Shown here in pieces: positions 16,524 through 18,066 of a stretch of DNA of 18,066 nucleotides. A model generated the notes under the pieces. That model did no database searches, was not told where the DNA came from, and was given only the letters and a program-made list of their open reading frames with translations. The stretch comes from Myxococcota bacterium (GTDB lineage Bacteria; Myxococcota; JACRCW01): positions 1-18,066 of the forward strand of contig JBFMGU010000209.1 in assembly GCA_040752415.1 (NCBI GenBank), read 5' to 3'. How positions within the stretch are numbered: the first letter of the stretch is position 1; each line of letters opens with the position of its first letter. The position numbers were made by a program, and so were the translations under genes.

Positions 16524-16937
16524 TCAGCCCTCCTTCCCGGGGTCGCGCGTGGCCAGCCCCACCCGACGCGCCCCGGCCTGGTGACACGCCTTCATCAGGG
16601 CGCGCACGTCGCCGTAGCGGAGGCTGCGGTCACCCTTGATGAGCACCTCCACGTTGGGGTCCTGCGCCAGGATGGGCGTCAGCACGTTCACCAGCTCGGC
16701 CTGCGCCACCTCGGTGCGGTCCAGGAGGAGCTTCTTCTCCGCGGTGAGCGTGAGGAAGATGGCGTGGCTGTGGCTCTTGTTGACCTCGGAGGCGCGCGCG
16801 CGCGGCAGGTCCACCGCGCGGCCCTTCTGCAGGAACGGCGTCACCACCATGAAGATGATGAGCAGCACCAGCACCACGTCCACCAGCGGGGTGACGTTCA
16901 GCTCCGCCTTCAGTCCGCCATGTGCCGGGCGCTTCAT
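16524..16937 (-). CDS. exbD: Biopolymer transporter ExbD/TolR family protein
   Basis: ELNVTPLVDVVLVLLIIFMVVTP and LIKGDRSLRYGDV...AGARRVGL. ATG 16937 overlaps the exbB stop (ATGA). Confidence 0.93.
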   Translation of the reverse strand: MKRPAHGGLKAELNVTPLVDVVLVLLIIFMVVTPFLQKGRAVDLPRARASEVNKSHSHAIFLTLTAEKKLLLDRTEVAQAELVNVLTPILAQDPNVEVLIKGDRSLRYGDVRALMKACHQAGARRVGLATRDPGKEG

Positions 16938-17629
16938 GCGCTCTTCCGCTCCCCGCCACGCCCCAGGTCCTTGATGAGGAAGTCCACCACCTCGTTCCCG
17001 GCGTTGCGCAGGTCCACGCCCAGGGCGTCCACGCGACCGGTGAAGTAGTTGAACAGCCACACCGCCGGGAGCGCCACGAAGATGCCGAACGCCGTCGTCA
17101 CCAAGGCTTCGGCGATGCCGGGGGCCACGGTGGCCAGGTCGCCCTGCCCGCTCTGGCCGATGGCCTGGAAGCTGTTGATGATGCCGAAGGTGGTCCCGAA
17201 CAGCCCCACGAACGGCGCGGACGAGCTGATGGACGCCAGCGCTCCCAGCCCCTTGCGCAGGCGCGCCAGCTCCATCTCGATGGTGCGGTCAACCGCGCGC
17301 TCGGCCGCTTCGATGACGTCGTAGGTGGCGCCGTTCTCCCGCGCGGCAACTCCGTCGTGGTACTCGCGCACGGCGCTGGAGACGACCATGCACAGCGGGC
17401 TCTGCGGATACTGCTCGCGCGCGCCCACCACGTCCCTGAAGCTCCGGCCGGCCATCCACGCGCGCGCCTGGTCACCAAACGCCGTGCTCTGGCGGACCGC
17501 GGAGCCCAGTCGCATCAGGCGCTCCAGGGCCACACCGGCGCTCCAGATGCTCATGACCACCAGGGTCAGGAGCACGCCACGCGCCACCAACCCCATGTGA
17601 GCCCACATCTCGCCCCAGTCGAAGGTCAT
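16934..17629 (-). CDS. exbB: MotA/TolQ/ExbB proton channel family protein
   Basis: LASISSSAPFVGLFGTTFGIINSF and VAPGIAEALVTTAFGIFVALPA motifs. ATG 17629 has GGAGG 5 nt upstream; ATG 17641 is an alternative. Confidence 0.93.
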   Translation of the reverse strand: MTFDWGEMWAHMGLVARGVLLTLVVMSIWSAGVALERLMRLGSAVRQSTAFGDQARAWMAGRSFRDVVGAREQYPQSPLCMVVSSAVREYHDGVAARENGATYDVIEAAERAVDRTIEMELARLRKGLGALASISSSAPFVGLFGTTFGIINSFQAIGQSGQGDLATVAPGIAEALVTTAFGIFVALPAVWLFNYFTGRVDALGVDLRNAGNEVVDFLIKDLGRGGERKSA

Positions 17630-17674
17630 TCCATCCTCCATGCCGCCACTCGAGCGGCACCAAGACCAGCATCC

Positions 17675-18066
17675 TCAATGCAGATTGAATTCCACCGGCT
17701 GAGGGACGTACGTCGGCACCGGGCTGCCGTCGCGTCGTCGGGCCGGCTCGTACACCCACTGCTTCACCGCTTCCACCGCGGCGGCGCGGAACACCGCCGG
17801 GCCTGAGAGCACCCGCGCTTCCGTGACGCGGCCATAGCGGTCAACGACCAACATCAGCATGACCCGGCCTTCCATGCGGCCCTCGCGCGCAATGCGCGGA
17901 TAGACCGGCGGGACCTTCTTGATGACCCGGGCAGGCGTCATGTCCTTGGTCGGGCGCACGGGCTGGTCGGGGAGCGGTGCGCCCAGGGAGCCGCCGGGAG
18001 TGCCACCCACCGTACCGCCCACCACGCCGCCCTTCACGCCGCCCACCACCCCACCCACCTGCCCGC
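17675..18066 (-). CDS. tonB: Energy transducer TonB, C-terminal part (5' end outside the window)
   Basis: Gly/Val-rich linker (GGVVGGVKGGVVGG), then TonB C-domain PVYPRIAREGRMEGRV...AAVEAVKQWVYEPA...VEFNL. The frame is open to the window edge. Confidence 0.92.
   Translation of the reverse strand, partial: GQVGGVVGGVKGGVVGGTVGGTPGGSLGAPLPDQPVRPTKDMTPARVIKKVPPVYPRIAREGRMEGRVMLMLVVDRYGRVTEARVLSGPAVFRAAAVEAVKQWVYEPARRRDGSPVPTYVPQPVEFNLH

Noticed and set aside
16086..17629. AglRQS gliding motor or Tol-Pal assignment
   Set aside because: The ExbD motifs are canonical, a TonB gene lies directly upstream, and no tolB/pal or glt genes were recognised in the window.
17985..18066. Short CCACC/CCGCC tandem repeats at the right edge
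   Set aside because: Explained by the coding GGVVGG linker of TonB.

Overview
A GC-rich bacterial chromosomal segment, probably Myxococcota/deltaproteobacterial (inferred from gene content, not from a database search). From left to right it holds: clpS (-); a three-gene module resembling myxobacterial pilG-pilH-pilI / Geobacter xap (membrane-anchored helical protein, ABC ATPase, ABC-2 permease) (+); a 1060-aa TPR lipoprotein (+); a small Cys-rich/Ig-like lipoprotein and a doubtful membrane ORF (-); a divergent pair of GT-C-fold enzymes, an ArnT/PMT-like glycosyltransferase (-) and an O-antigen-ligase-family/TPR protein (+); an MFS transporter (+); and a minus-strand housekeeping block read as tonB(partial)-exbB-exbD-exbD, a 60-aa ribbon-helix-helix protein, lepA and lepB. 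I saw no rRNA, tRNA, CRISPR array or mobile element. The best leads are a pilin-less PilGHI-like exporter near two GT-C enzymes (possible surface-protein glycosylation locus), a TPR protein that seems to stop where a CHAT protease domain would begin, a ClpS with a non-canonical pocket, an RHH protein with a palindromic operator and a clamp-motif-like tail, and two structured intergenic elements. None is proven to be a new system.
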